Translations under genes and position numbers: made by a program | Shown here: positions 13,677 through 27,685 of the stretch, piece by piece | Position numbering within the stretch: the stretch's first letter is position 1 | How the letters are laid out: the number at the start of each line of letters is the position of its first letter | Assembly: GCA_035084275.1 (NCBI GenBank) | Contig: CM068746.1 | Coordinates: 29,574,001 to 29,638,000 of the forward strand | Source of the DNA: Hydrolagus colliei | Lineage: Eukaryota | Length of the DNA stretch: 64,000 nucleotides | Reading direction: 5' to 3' | Notes under the pieces: model-generated | Database searches by the model: none | Seen by the model: the letters and a program-made list of their open reading frames with translations, nothing else | What the model was told of the DNA's origin: nothing

Positions 13677-14003
13677 CAATAATCCTTGCATTTGATATCG
13701 ATAGCAGCTTATTACACTGAATATAACATTAATTAAATGGACTATATTTTCTGGACCAAAGGTGCTTTGGCTAATTGTGCACAACAGTGTTTCACAAACA
13801 GTCGTCCATTGAGTGACCAAATTCTTATTTTTTTTTAAAAAAAGGATTATTACCACCAGAAAAGCAATTCTCCAATCCCGACTAACAAGTGGGTTCCTAC
13901 GTACTGCTAGGTAAACAGAGGCTTACGGAATAAGGAAACTTTCCCAACATTCTGCGCTGCCTGGGAATCAAACCCAGGTTATCTCACTAATCTACAGGAC
14001 TCC
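13677..14003 (-). mobile_element. tRNA-derived SINE (family A)
   Basis: Colinear with 6775-7137. Confidence 0.85.
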
Positions 14004-16588
14004 ACAATCCACAAGGAAGATAATAACATGCACAATTTTGAAGCTCAGACAACATCTAACCCAAACATCATTTTTGTTTAAAAAAACCTCAAGCAAACAG
14101 AATGTTCCAAAGTTGTCTGGGATTGGATCAAATTGTCATCTAAGTGTCACTAGTTGAGAATTGTTGTAACTTGAAATAAGTCATAAGTCTGATAAATACT
14201 GGATCCACTGACTAAAGTGTTTATTTTAATGTTTTTAATTTTTTTTAATGCTCTGACTGCAAATTCATGCTATGCGAATGATATTTAAAGAATGTTACAC
14301 ACATTTGGAGATGTACCCATTTTATCCATGTTTAAAGGGATTCTAGATAAAATGCCATATGGTTAAATGCTGGTAAAACCATTACACATAAATTGATTCT
14401 CGTTGAGAACTAAACTTGGTGTAAAATTGGTACCACAGTCAACAAAGGGTTAAGTTCCAAAGACACAACCAGGCGATTATGCAAGCTCTTCTTTTCTTTG
14501 AATCAATGTACTGTGATCCCACTTCTTTCTTCTTTCTCTATAAATTTTTCATATATTAATTTCTACAGTAACTTATCAATTCCCTTTTAAATCTGTTTTC
14601 ACTTGTCTTTCAGAGCCACTTGGTGCTATTGCAGATCTTAGAGAAAGTATTTAAAATATTTCCTGTAAATTGTCATGATCAGATCACAAAATGTATACAA
14701 CATGGTTTGATCACTGAAACCAAAAAAAGCGGAAGTAATTCAGCTTGGAATGCAAAATCTTACACTAAAACACTACAAAAGAAGAAAGTTAAAAACCATG
14801 ATCAGATGTATAATTTTTTTCACTTGCTTTTGTTGTACAGCAGAAATTGGAAAAAAAAACTATTTGATTCTATTGAAATATTATTTAAGTTCCTCAAAAT
14901 CCCGAAAAACAATTTTATGACACAATGTGAAACTGAGACCAGCGAACACAACAGAGTCAATGAACAAGCAGTTTTTAAAACTTGTGTTTCTAACATCACA
15001 AAGGGACATCCATTGTTTTGAAATTGTAAGGGAGATGATTGATGGAAATGGCAGTTCAGTCTTCAAATCTGTCCTTGAATTTAGGTCTTGAATCATTCTT
15101 ATCAGTACAGCTGCCTCCTCCAGAACAATGAACTCACCAACAAATTAGTCAATCGACAGTGAGTTTATCTTCCAAAAACATATCCTGGACGAGATTACAA
15201 GGTTTCTACTGAATCATAAAATTAAGGACCTTTGAAATTTGTTCTCTCAACAGTGATTCAAAATTTCAACAATAACTTTAGCTCGAAGCAGAATATCTGT
15301 AAATGGATGTAGATGGCCAGTTTCTTCAAGAGCACTGTGTTCTAACCTAATCCTGTTAACAATGGATTGTTGAAAGCCTAAGTGGCGTTAAAAATATATC
15401 AACTATTTTTCTCTGCCACCATCACTTTGACTGACGGATGAACTGAAGCGAGTACTCTGGCCCTTGGAACAGGCTGGAGGCTGTGAGTGCAATCATGCAA
15501 ACATGGATTTAAAAAAGTCAGAAAGTGTTCACCTGTTGGAAAAATAGATTGGTGAAGAAATAAAGAAACCTATTACCACAAACAAAAACTGCATTAAGTT
15601 AAAGAAATAAACAAAAAGCTAAAAGTAGCAAATGGCAATTTGTGAGATTTCAGGATTTCTGGACAATACAGGACTAAAATCATTTTCCCCCCACTCATAC
15701 CAATGATACTTTATACATCTGAGAAACACAATAAATCTGAAAGTACACTTTATGCCAAAAGGCTTGTTAGCTGTCAACTGCTTTCTTGTCATGTGGCCAA
15801 CCCAAAAAGTGTGAATACAGAGAAAACAGGGTTTTATTTACTGCATGCATTTTGTCATGGAGCAAAGGTTCAATTTCTCAAGCAAAGTAAAAAATCCCTG
15901 ACGGTTTCCTTGTTGCAACATGTCAGCAACAGTGGGGAGCTCCGGCAAATGGAAAATAAAGCACCGTGCAGATTTCCTAAACCACTGTCAATGTATTAAT
16001 TTGCACAAGTGCAGTTGCTTCTGTGCTAAAATAATAATAGTTGCCTTTGATATAGCACCTTTCATGTCAGGAGGACACCTCAAAGAGCTACTGCAAAATC
16101 CATTCACTGTATTTGTGGGTGAACGTGGCAACCAATTTGCACAGAGTAACAGCCTACAAACAGCCATGAAATGAAGGACCAATTTTGATGGGGAAGATTG
16201 GAAAGGAAAGATCACAATAGAGCAGACAAAATAAGCCTTTATTAATTTAAATGTCACTGAATTTGGCCTCAGCAGTGGGCAGTACCAGCACCACTTTTGA
16301 CATATATGCAAAGAAAAAAAAGTCACTCTTCTGAATAATGTCCAAATGCAATTTTTGTATAAGGAAATCTTCTGTGCTTCAACGAGTGTTCATATCTGAT
16401 GAGTTTACTCTAACACAAATGTATGCAACATGGCTGAATGGCTTTTCTCAAACACCGTCAGAACTCTAAATTAATGCACAGCTTGAAGTTGTATGAAAGC
16501 ATTTCTGATATGACAAATCATTCATGCATCCTCAACACAACTGCTTCAGTTTGTCAGCCACAAAATCTTTAATTATTGAGCTCCACAA

Positions 16589-16796
16589 NNNNNNNNNNNN
16601 NNNNNNNNNNNNNNNNNNNNNNNNNNNNNNNNNNNNNNNNNNNNNNNNNNNNNNNNNNNNNNNNNNNNNNNNNNNNNNNNNNNNNNNNNNNNNNNNNNNN
16701 NNNNNNNNNNNNNNNNNNNNNNNNNNNNNNNNNNNNNNNNNNNNNNNNNNNNNNNNNNNNNNNNNNNNNNNNNNNNNNNNNNNNNNNNNNNNNNNN
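16589..16796. other. Assembly gap (run of N)
   Basis: About 208 consecutive N. Confidence 0.99.
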
Positions 16797-16909
16797 TACC
16801 TGAATTAACTTACAGTAACTGGTTATGACATGTTGTGGGAAGAAATATTTATAGAGTTATGCCACTGTAATTGAGTGTGCATGCCTGCCTTTGTTGGTAA
16901 AATACTCAC

Positions 16910-16993
16910 ATGCTGCTTGGAGTGGATCTTGTAGGTCGTCCAGGGTGGCTTTTCGAGGTGGTGATGCTGACCGGTGGCTTTCCTTGGGATGGG
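16910..16993 (-). CDS. Candidate alternative (cassette) exon of YAF2, 84 nt, frame-preserving
   Basis: Acceptor ctcattacttgcaccctttccccattag and donor CAT|gtgagt. In phase 2 after exon 2 it reads (R)PSQGKPPVSITTSKSHPGRPTRSTPSS with no stop. GC-rich island in an AT-rich intron. Confidence 0.55.
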
Positions 16994-18362
16994 CTAATGG
17001 GGAAAGGGTGCAAGTAATGAGACATAAGAAAGTATTTAAATAGCAGTACTATTTTTGCTGCCCAAAACCGACTCGTGTCAGAACTGTGTTGCCACCCATA
17101 AACATGCTAAATTAAACCAAATCTGACTAAGAGCATGACAGAGCTTGTCTGAAAACTGATGTGTTGCAACTTGGCATTTCCTTCCATGGTATGGAGATTC
17201 AATAGACAATACAAAATAAAAATCCTTCATTTGATTTTGCACTATATCACACTGAAATATCTCAAACTGCTTTTTTTTCTGGTAAGTATAATGACTATAT
17301 TTGTAAGCTAAATTGTGTTTATGTTTATCGTCACTTAAATTTTCAAACAAAATTTTAAAGGCAAGTGTTCTGAGTTGCATTGTAGATCATCAATGGTGCT
17401 CTAGAATTATGTTTGTTCAGAGTTTGGCCAATCTGGAGTTTTATCTTTTGGAATAGACAGTAAAATATTGTTTACCATATTCTTTTGCAAAATCATTTTA
17501 AAATGACAAATACAAAAATGAAAGATGTAAATGGCAGTGCAATTAAAAATAAATTAGGTGAATATAATCCAGTAACTGAAATTAACTCAACCTGTTCAAA
17601 AATTGTGCAATTAGATTGGAAAGGTCCCAAGTTCAAGCAAGTTACTCATCTCACTCAGGGCAGATTGATTCTTCTCTGCATTCCTACATTATTTTGTGGT
17701 CAGTTGGGTATCTGAAACCCATCATCATGCCTTCGAGTATTGAAACTAGAGTTCCAATGCATCCCACCTGTACATGGAATTTCCAGGTATGTTTATTGGA
17801 ATGGAATGTGCACTCTCTCTCTGGAGGGATACATCAAGGAGGGCAACAAATAAAAGAGTTCCTGTTTTTTATCTATGCCGTACTTAATAACTTGTTTTAG
17901 AAAGCATGCATCAGGATATTGGGCAAGAACAGGTTTGGCACTTTACTGCCATCTTCACGTTGATCTGTCGCCTTACACCAAAAAATGGTTGGGAAATACA
18001 CCACAAAGAGTGCCAATAGAACTAGAGCCCCTCACGAGTTATCATTGTGAAGAAAGATAGTACACAGAACTTTACTTCAGACTTGGCGCAAAGATTAGGG
18101 GTAGTTGTTGAACCAGGTGCAAAAGAGCCCCCATTTCTGATTCACAAACTTCGCTTCAAAAAAGCTTCTATTCATTTTAGATTTTTTGCGGGGGATGGGA
18201 AGAGAAGAGGGACACACAACATTACTTCTGTTGCAGTGATATAATAACAGTTAAGATACATAACAAAATTGGAAGATGGTATATATTTTTTCATGCATAT
18301 ATAAATGTTGTCAACTGGTCTGCCATCGTCAAGATTTGGTTGGGGATATACTTAGCTCCAAT

Positions 18363-18748
18363 TAGGGTCCGTCGATATGGAAATTTTCCGATAGCGATAT
18401 ATCGGTGGGCTCATTTCGATATATACCGATATATCAATATTTCCGGGGTTTTATATACTGCGCATGCGCGCACATTCGGAGATGCACGCGCATTCCGGTG
18501 TGTGCGCGCATTCCGGGCTCTAGGCCCAGGAGGTTTGCAATGCCGGCGACAAGGTAAATTGAAAAAGTTCACATTATACCGATATAACCCATATATCGAT
18601 ATATCACCAGATATGATAAACCGATATTTGCGATATACCGATTTTTTTTATACTGAATTTTTCGATATACCTATATATTTAAATTTCCAATATCAGCATA
18701 TCAATATGAAAAATGATATCGATATAACCGATATATCGATGGACACTA
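18363..18748. mobile_element. hAT(Ac)-type MITE
   Basis: TIRs TAGGGTCCGTCGATAT / ATATCGATGGACACTA; perfect 8-bp TSD gctccaat; many subterminal CGATAT motifs. Confidence 0.92.
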
Positions 18749-18909
18749 GCTCCAATCATGTAAATATCGCACTTTAAACAACTCGGTGAGAATAAAAATA
18801 TTCTTGAAGTGTAATAGACTTCAAATCTTTAAATGGTAAACTGTTACGTGCTAAAATGTAACACAGTCATGGCAGAACATCTGCATGGGTAACACAAGTC
18901 CAAAACTCT

Positions 18910-19365
18910 GTTGCGCGCATACTATCCCAGTCCTTGCCAGACTTCACTGGCTGCCTATCCCAGGGAGGATCAACTTCAAGATCCTCACCCTTGTCTTCAC
19001 TTGTCCTCCACTCCTCTGCACCCCCCTACCTCTCTGACATCCTCTCTCCCTCAAACCAGCTCCTGTTGCCTTCGCTCCACTGGATCTGGCCTCCTCCATG
19101 TCCCCCGAATCCTCCGCTCCACCCTCGGCGGCCGTGCCTTCAGCCACTATGCCCCGAGGCTCTGGAATTCCCTTCCTGACTCCTTCGTCCTGCCTCCTCT
19201 TTTCTCAGTTTCAGGTCCCAGCTGAAGACCTTTCTCTTTCACCGCGCCATTGGTCACCTTTCTACCCCTGCCCCTGGCTCGGTTCCGGGATCCACTATTG
19301 TGAAGCGCTCTGAGACACCGTCCGGTGTGGAGGGTGCTGTATAAATCGAAGTTGTTGTTGTTGTT
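18910..19365 (+). mobile_element. L2-type LINE 3' end, second subfamily
   Basis: LRSTGSGLLHVPR...GGRAFSHYAPRLWNSLP; distinct tail (gaagcgctctgagacaccgtccggtgtggagggtgctgtataaatcgaagttgttgttg), shared with 55215-55562. Confidence 0.85.
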
Positions 19366-19611
19366 GAGTCTTCTTATGTCTCATTCTTCACCATTATCAA
19401 TAATACACAAATACAGTCCTGTTTTACAAACCTTTTATCTAGTTGTATCTAACTTTTATTAACTGCCAAAATATGAATCAACTTAAAGGACTAGCCATAG
19501 GGGTGGGGAAGAAAGCAGGAGAAAGAATTGTAGCAACTATGTCAAAATGCAGGATGCCAGTTTGTGGTGAGGAACCTGGTTGAGAGTTCTTGACTCAAGC
19601 ACCACCACCAA

Positions 19612-20120
19612 AAACAAAATTACACTTGTATAGCTCCTTTCATGTCAGGAGGACTGTGAGCATCAGAATAAAAAGGTTTCTCAAGACTGAACAGACAACA
19701 TACTGGACCAGCAAGCAGATATATATTGTAAAATGGATCAACTGTGTATTCTGTGGGCAAAATGTGGCAGCCAATTATGCACAGCAGAGTCCCAGTTAAG
19801 CATTCAGACCACTTTATTTTGGAAGGATTATTACAACAACAATAAAATTGCATTTATAGAGCACCCTTCACATCGACAGGACGTCCTAAGGCACATTAAC
19901 CCCGGAAAGTGATCCACCAATTAATTAGCAATCAGGTTCTTAGTGCTAGGTAAACTGAGGTGGTCTGAAACACTGACTGTCCAGCACCTTGGGACATCCT
20001 TCCGACGTGAAAGGCACTATACAAATGTAATTTTGTTGTTGTGGGTAGAGTAAGGAAACTTGCCTAGGTTTTCACCCTACTCAGGAATCAAATCTCTCTC
20101 GCTTGCGAAGCAGGCACACT
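19612..20120 (-). mobile_element. SINE family A copy interrupted by two short L2 tails
   Basis: SINE body broken at about 19830-19895 and 19970-20042 by L2 3' stem-loop/tail pieces in opposite orientations. Confidence 0.7.
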
Positions 20121-22218
20121 ATGATTTGGGATTCTGGTTTCCTCAATTTCCTCCTCTGTGACTCATCGCTGGCCTGAATTTTCGATTTCTTGTCTCTAAA
20201 ATCTATGTGCCCATATCCACCAAGATCTTAGAAGTGAATGCAAGCTCAATTCACTTAAGCACCTATGTAGTTACAAGTACTGTAGTTGGGTGTGGAGTAG
20301 GGGAAGCTCAAGCTTTTAAAAGGTGAAAAAAGTATTTCACCTTATCAAGGTGATAAGTCATCTCAAAGACCAATACTCAACTTAATGCTCACTACTTCTC
20401 CAATTTCCCAAAGTCAAAGCTCATCAACTCCATAATTTAAAAAGCAACAAGTAGCAGATTTCCTTCAAGAAACATTGAAAGATCAAAGGTTTTGGCTTAC
20501 TTGCATAGAAATTTGCGTTATGAATTCTTTAAACTTGCTATATTCCCCTTTTCAGATCACATCCTTTATTTAATGTCTTAAGTTTCTTTAGATCACAGGA
20601 CAGATGTTTAACATTCCAATGCTTAATGTACTGTTTGAAAGTTTGATGTAGTTTGAGAATTCAACAACATCAAATAATACAATTTTTAATAAAAATTCTA
20701 GGAAGTAGATATTTCACACAATTTAACCATTGGAATAAAGTTTTCACTTCTTGGAACAGGCATTCCTAAAGCACTCCTCAGAAGCCACTTCCAAAGCCAG
20801 TAATACAGAATAAATGTAAAAACAATCAGCAAAACATAGTTCAAAAACTACATGGTCAGATGTAAGACAAAAAAATAATTGTTGCATCTGACACTTTTTC
20901 CTCCAAACCCCACTTGGATATTCATTTCAACTCAAGACTAATGGAGGTCAACATGCAATCTACACAGGTAATTTGGCTATTCAATCTTTACTCAAAAGCC
21001 GCATTAAAAAAAAATAGGTTCCTAAGCAAAGCCTTCAGTAAAATAGATTCACCAGTTCTGCATTTTCCAGGTCACTTGAATCACTCGTATGAGAACAAAA
21101 AACAATCATACCCAAAGAGGCTACAGCTCAACTGAATAAACTCAACTAGCCTTCCTGTATCTAAAACCATATTTAGTGAATTCTTGTGCTTACGAAATGG
21201 CTAAGCATGCCCCTGGGATTAAACATTTGGTGATCAGTGTAATCGAAAATAAGATACAAAGCAACATCTTCTGTGTTGCCTTGTGAAATATCACTATGGA
21301 TCTGGGATGGAAACTCCTTTAGCCTCACAAAATCCTGCACCACATAAAAGTTGTGAGGTTTGTCTCACAGCCATGTCAGCTGATAAAGAAATATTGTATA
21401 TAAAATATTTTACAAATTATAATTTGGGGAGATACAAACGATAATTTTTAAGTCAAGTCGCTGACCTTTCAGTTGTGGTATCTGAGCAATCCAGAAGTCT
21501 CAAGATATGAACCTTAAAAATCTAACGCCACCAAAAACAGGAGAAAATAAATTAAAGCTGGATGACATGATATGACAATGTAAAATGGTTACATAAAAAA
21601 TGTAAAGATGTATCAAGCAAGTTGGGCAATTATCTGTAAGCAGATCTCAAAGAACTGCATCAAAATAATGTCAGGCTTAAAAAGAAAATGTACCTACTAT
21701 TAAAAATAATAGTAATGTTTGCACTTGGGAAAGCATCTTTTGCATCAGAACATTGTAAAGCACTTCATAGGATTCACTGTCAAGACTGTATCTGTAGTTC
21801 ATCACGGTAGCTCATTTTGTGCACAACAGTGTCCTACAAATAGCACAAAACTAATGGTCAATTTTATTTGGGGGGAGGGGGGGGGGGGGGGGGGGAAATT
21901 GTTGGCCAGGACACCAGGAAAACTTATTGTGGCCGTTTGTGCCATTGGATCTTTAACATCCACTTGCTGACGTAATTAAGCACTATATCAAATATAAATC
22001 GTATTATATTATGGATGTGCGGCTTGAACATCATTGTGGACCAAGACCACACTGTAAACAACAACAACAAAATTGCATTTGTAGTGCCTTTCATGTCGGG
22101 AGGATGTCCCAATAAATTATTAGGAGCACATTGGCATGAGAAAGATGATGGCAGCAAAGACCAGGGAAGATTACCGTAGGCTTTATGCAATCATTTTATT
22201 GACAGTATCTGTAGCTAG

Positions 22219-22931
22219 CATAGCTGCCAACCTTTTTTTAATAAAAAAAAGTACTCCTGAAAGCTAAAAACAGTATTTTGTAGTAAAAAAAAGTATTTTC
22301 CCCAGAACCTACCGGTACTTAACGAAAACATTACAGCGAGAAAAAATGCCAAGTAAAATGCGACTTCAAAATCCCATGTGGCAAAAATTGCATTAAGAGG
22401 AAGGTCCCTATACTGCGTCTCCGTATATGAAAAAAATCATTCCCAGTAATGCTTTGCACCTAGCGCTAACATTTACAGTGTATTGTATTTGTTGCAGCTT
22501 CTGCTTCACTCTGTTATTGTTTGTTTGAAGGCCCACCTTCACAGATGCAAAACTGAAGGCAGGGAGAAGTTAGAGAGAAAGAGACTGAGACAGAGACAGA
22601 GTGAGATTGTGGCAGCCAGAAACTCAAACAGAGAGGAGAGAGAGAGACACAGAGAGAGTCAGAGAGAGAGAAAGAGAGAGAGCGTGACCGAGACAGACAG
22701 AGAGGGAAAGAGACACGGAAAGAGAGACAGAGAGACAGAGACACACAGAGAGAGAGAGAGAGACACACAGAGAGAGAGAGAGAGACAGAGAGAAGGAGAG
22801 ACAGACAGAGCATGGAATTTCCAAAATTCTGATTTTCCAAAAAACTTATTTTAACAAGAAAAATCGTACTGCCGTATTTACTTCAATTTATCGTACTAAA
22901 TACGGCAAAAACGTACTGGTTGGCAGCTCTG
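22219..22931. mobile_element. hAT-type MITE with internal (GA/GACA)n tract
   Basis: TIRs CATAGCTGCCAACC / GGTTGGCAGCTCTG, the same ends as 9946-10587 but a different interior; agctag on both flanks. Confidence 0.8.
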
Positions 22932-24102
22932 AGCTAGCCATAACTAGCCATTGGGAGAAACTCATTTCTCTTTTCAAGTAGAGCCATGGACTCTTTAACA
23001 TCCCCCTGGATATCCAGATGGGACCACAATTTAAAGTTTTATCCAAAGTTATATTTGTCCTCCTTCCAAGTCTTTCCAACAGATCCTCCCAGTGGACAGG
23101 AGCTTTTTAACCTGTGGGGAAAGGAATGCTTGCTGTGCTAGCAGCTGATCATTTGGTGCAGATACCATCCCCCAAGTTGCTGACGCCAGAAGACCAGCAG
23201 TGCTCCAATAGCCTCTCCAACTGGTTCTATGGACTAGATAGGGCACTTGGTGCCTAAGCTCCTCTCTCCTTGGCCATCTGTGGCTCTGGTCAGATCCACT
23301 GCTGGACAGATCAGCAGACACTTGGCCCACATTCCAGTCAGGCCTCATGTGCAGCTAGACCCCAACGACCATACCTAGCATTTGATGAACTAAATGTGAA
23401 CAGATGGTCATATAACATTAGGAGAAAAGCAAGACAGACTTATGGGTATTGATATGAGTTTTTAAGGGTTTCAAAAAAAGTTACAAAAGCAATGCAGTAT
23501 GTTGTTCCAAAATAGGAATAAAATGTAATTTCCCCAAGTAAAACTGCATGAGTGCAGGGAGATATGCGAATACTTCAAGATAGATTTCATTATTCCAGAC
23601 AAAACACATTAGGCTATGAGAACTGACAATATCAGCTTCACTGATTTATGTTTTTTTACAACACTGATGACCTAAAAGTGGAGCTCAGTGATACAGAATG
23701 AAACACAAGGGTTATGCTTTGCATTTTATTTGAAGGCACCAGCACATTGAAATAACAATTTCAATAGATAGAAAAGGTGAAGAAAATAGAAAGTGCACAC
23801 TTCACTGTCTGAATTTTATTCAGGCACTTCATATTTGGTGTGATGGCTTTAATTTTTTCAGTCTGACACATTCCTATCATCTGCTAAATCTGGACTGATT
23901 TTCAGTTTAAAGCAGGCAGACTTGGGCTTATCATAGACTTGTTACCACTGAAACAACCTTCCATTATTGAAATTAGTAAATCTTTTGCCCAACAAAACAA
24001 TATGTTTGTGCCTTTTCAGTGCACAATTTGAATTCTAAAGCTTATTTGAGAAACAAAACATTTTTCTGTCTACATTTCGGTTTAGGCATCAAAGAAGCTT
24101 TG

Positions 24103-24390
24103 ATAATCCTTGCATTTTTCATGTCTTCTAGTCATCTCAAAACGTTTCACAGAATATACTATAAAGTGAATTGACCGTATATTTGTGTGCAATATACTGC
24201 TATGCACAGCCAATTGCAGACAGCAATGTCTCACAAACAGTCCTAGATTGAAATTACCAATTTACTGTTGCGTTTTATTCTTGATGGATTATTATCAGGC
24301 ATGTGGAGTAAGGAAACTTGCTCAAGGTTTTGCCCTGCCGAGAATCGAACTCAGGTCTTTCGAGTGTTCCAACCACTGAACTCAGGACTC
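24103..24390 (-). mobile_element. tRNA-derived SINE (family A, short variant)
   Basis: Tail, body and head present; lacks the central ccaatcgactaacaac segment. Confidence 0.8.
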
Positions 24391-25399
24391 TTGATGTTTT
24401 GATTATTGATCAATATTTGATCGTAAATGAAGTGCTAAAACTCATCTTGAAGTCTCAATGTGTGATGGGAGTGCAATAATTTTTTATATTGAAAACAAAT
24501 CATGAATCCAAGCACTTAACTCTTCCCATCTTGTAGTACAACAAAGCTTATCAATAATTTTGTATCATTCTGCATAGTAAAGTAAAATAAAACAACATGA
24601 GTTCTAAATAGATAATGCCAGCAATTATGTAAAAACTGGTTGCCTCACTACACCGCTTCTCTACTTGGGGAGTAATGAAGAATGAAAGGGAAGGGGGCAG
24701 TTTTGCATCTGTGAAGGTGGGCCCTCAAACAAACAATAACAGAGTGAGGCAGAAGCTGCAAGAAATACAATACAGTTTATGAAATGAGAGGCAAATGAAG
24801 AATTGCGGCATTGCATAATCAAGCCAATGTTGAAATTCAGATATCTGCCCACCAACCCCCACCCACCCACCCAGTTTATTGTGAAGCAAAATCCAATTAC
24901 ACAGCAGCATAGATTTATGTATGAGGCATAGTTGGCCTTAGGTCAAATGATGTGGATCAGTCATAGCAATCTGACCTCCAGAGTCCAACAAAACAAAGAC
25001 AGAAAAATTCTGCACCTGTGCGCATCTTGCTTTGGGAGCACAACATCCAGCTTTGGTAATGATGCTCCTGAACCACTAGATTTTCTCTTGATATTTTTGA
25101 GATTTCTGGCATCCTCAGCACATTCTCACTTGAAAAGAACTTTCAAGTCATTAGCCAATAATGCAATGTTCCTATATTCAGCTCCAATACCGCCAACTAC
25201 TCCCTCTCCTCACCACCAAAATAAACATAATGGGCAATGTATTTGATACATAAAAAAGTAGTCTGCTTTATTCACTTTATAGCATGGAGGTTTGGATTTT
25301 TTTGTGATACCCAATTAATATAGAATACCAGATCAAACTAAGATACATTTTCACCCACCACACTGTATTATGGATCCAAATGTTCATTTTGTACATTTT

Positions 25400-25780
25400 C
25401 ATTTCACCCACAAAATATACAGTCAATTCACTTTACAATATATTCAGTGAAGTGCTTTGAGACGTCTCGAAGATGAAATAAGGCACTATATTAAATGCAA
25501 GGATTATTGGGCAAGTTTGCTTACGTCTAATAATAATAACCATCAAAATGAAAAACAATAATAATTTGATCACTCAATCCATGACTGTTTGTGGGACACT
25601 GCTGTGTGCAATTGGCTGTGCATTTTGCCCCATATTCTATTCACCAAACAACTAATAACTGGTTTCCTACTTACTGCTAGGTAAACAGAGGAGTGTGGAG
25701 TAAGGAAACTTCCACAACATTTCATCCTGACGGGAATCAAACCTAAGTCTCTTGCTTCTTGCGACTTACAGAATTCCACA
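25400..25780. mobile_element. Cluster of SINE family A pieces in both orientations
   Basis: Plus-strand tail (25400-25508) and body (25510-25630), then minus-strand head (25650-25780). Confidence 0.7.
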
Positions 25781-25799
25781 GTTAAGAGATCAAATACAA

Positions 25800-26145
25800 T
25801 GAGAGAGGTGGGCTATGGTGGAGGTATAGAGGAAGGTAGTTCCAGAGGTTAGGGAAGTAGTGTCTAACCTCTGGCTCAACAACAGAAGGTGGAATGGAGG
25901 CAGTGAAGAGCAGGCCTTTTGTTAGTTAAGCAAATGGGTGAGCAGAGTAATGGTGTACAAATGGATGAAAGTGCTAAGAAATACTTAGGCATGAAGAAGT
26001 TGAGTACTTGAAGATGATCCATTCAGAAATAGAGAGCCAATGGAGCCTGGTGAATATAAGGGTGATAGGTGTGCAGAGTTTGGTGTGGATGTGGTTATGG
26101 GCACAGACCAGCAAGGAGTGCATTTGAGAAATCAAGGTAGCTATC
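25800..26145 (-). mobile_element. Old L2 fragment
   Basis: Minus-strand TPITLIFTRLHWLSISEWIIFK motif. Confidence 0.6.
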
Positions 26146-27685
26146 TTACCTTCAAAAAGCTCTCCATCCTTTAAACTAGAAACACATGATACTAAATGTA
26201 CCTTCCAACCAAAATTAGGCCAATGATGAGATAAACAGAACACATAAAATTAAAACTTTGTAACTGTCATGCTCAACTTTTAACTGTTCCATTAATTCCC
26301 ACTGGACAATTGTTGGACACACTAGGAATTGTGCAGACATTTTGTTGCATAACATGCACTTTGAAATGAAAAGTCTTTCAGTGCATAACATGTTAATGAC
26401 ATTTTAAACAGCGACCAAGGTTGCAAGTAGCTATACAAGTGGGCATCTCATTGTAGAGTTGTTCGATGTCTTGGAAGCAAAATAGACATTTGTGGATTTC
26501 AGGGAAGCAACAAAATAAACAAAATAACAAAAAAAATTAACCTAATTTGAATACATTTTGTAACTTAATGAAGCATCAATAAATGTTGGCTTAACTAGCT
26601 CCAAGATCAAGAAAAAATATAGGGTATTAATCTTATTATCTGGGCAGCCTTGTCTGGCCTTACTGACTAGTGAACTATCCAACTGTTCCATTCAATGGTC
26701 TTTTCTGCAAGTCATCAAATGCTGAAATTCAGACAAATGTTAGAAGCAAATGGCAGTGGGGCGAAATAATGATGCACCTTAATAGATATCAAATACAGTA
26801 AAAACACTGTCCTGATCAACAAAGATAAAATGAGTTTATTTCAACCTTTTGAGTAACATGGAGTGGTAGGACCAAAGCATTACAAGGCTATATTTTACAT
26901 CCATGTGACATTGACTAGTTATAATAAGCAGGGGAGCCTTTGCCCAATGACAAATAGCCATACAAACCCAGAAGACCACAGGTCCAATCACTATCTTGTA
27001 TTAGGACAGTACATTGCCACCAAGTGCAGTTAATCAGTGGAAGGGGGCTAACACAGAGGGACTGAGAGACTCACAATTCCTGTCCATTAAATCTTGCTGT
27101 GACTCACTTTTCCTTTCTCACTTTTTCCTTGCTGCCTGATCTGCTGGTTGTTCCCAGCTATCTGTTTTTTCCTACAGATTTCCAGCATCTGCAGTATTTT
27201 GCATTTTTGTTAAAGTTGGTCATGTTGCTCTTCGCAGATCAAATGTCGTGTGATGGCTGTTTCAGAATCGACACTTGAAGGGTGCAAAGGGAAAGGTACC
27301 CCTCAATACAATGTATTTTCTACAATCCATGTAAATGTATGAAGGTTTCAGCACGTTGGGACGTCCTCACGACATGAAAGGCGCTCTATAAAAGTGATTT
27401 TTGTTGTTGTTGCAAAGCAATCAGTATTTGCTCTACAACTAGAGTTAGAAAAAATTATTGCACCTGATTTTTTTCTCGAATCTTCTGTCCCTTTCCAAAA
27501 ATACACCAATTTCCATCATCAAGGTTGCAAATACCTATACAAGAAATGGCCAATCTTGACTCGAGACAACACCAAGTTTACATAAATTTTAATAAGACCA
27601 CCGCATGGGAGTCTTGAGCAACTGAAGTCATTCATTGTTGCTGGCAACCATAAAAATCAGATTTTGTTATTTTTCAGTTAGTTTA

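Noticed and set aside
16524-16808. ORFs spanning X residues
   Set aside because: Artefacts of the N gap.
18363-18748. Repeated CGATAT motifs resembling an array
   Set aside because: Irregularly spaced subterminal repeats of a hAT MITE with TIRs and TSD; not CRISPR-like, and the DNA is eukaryotic.
22483-22854. Arg/Glu-rich and Leu/Ser-rich ORFs
   Set aside because: Translation of a (GA)n-type microsatellite.
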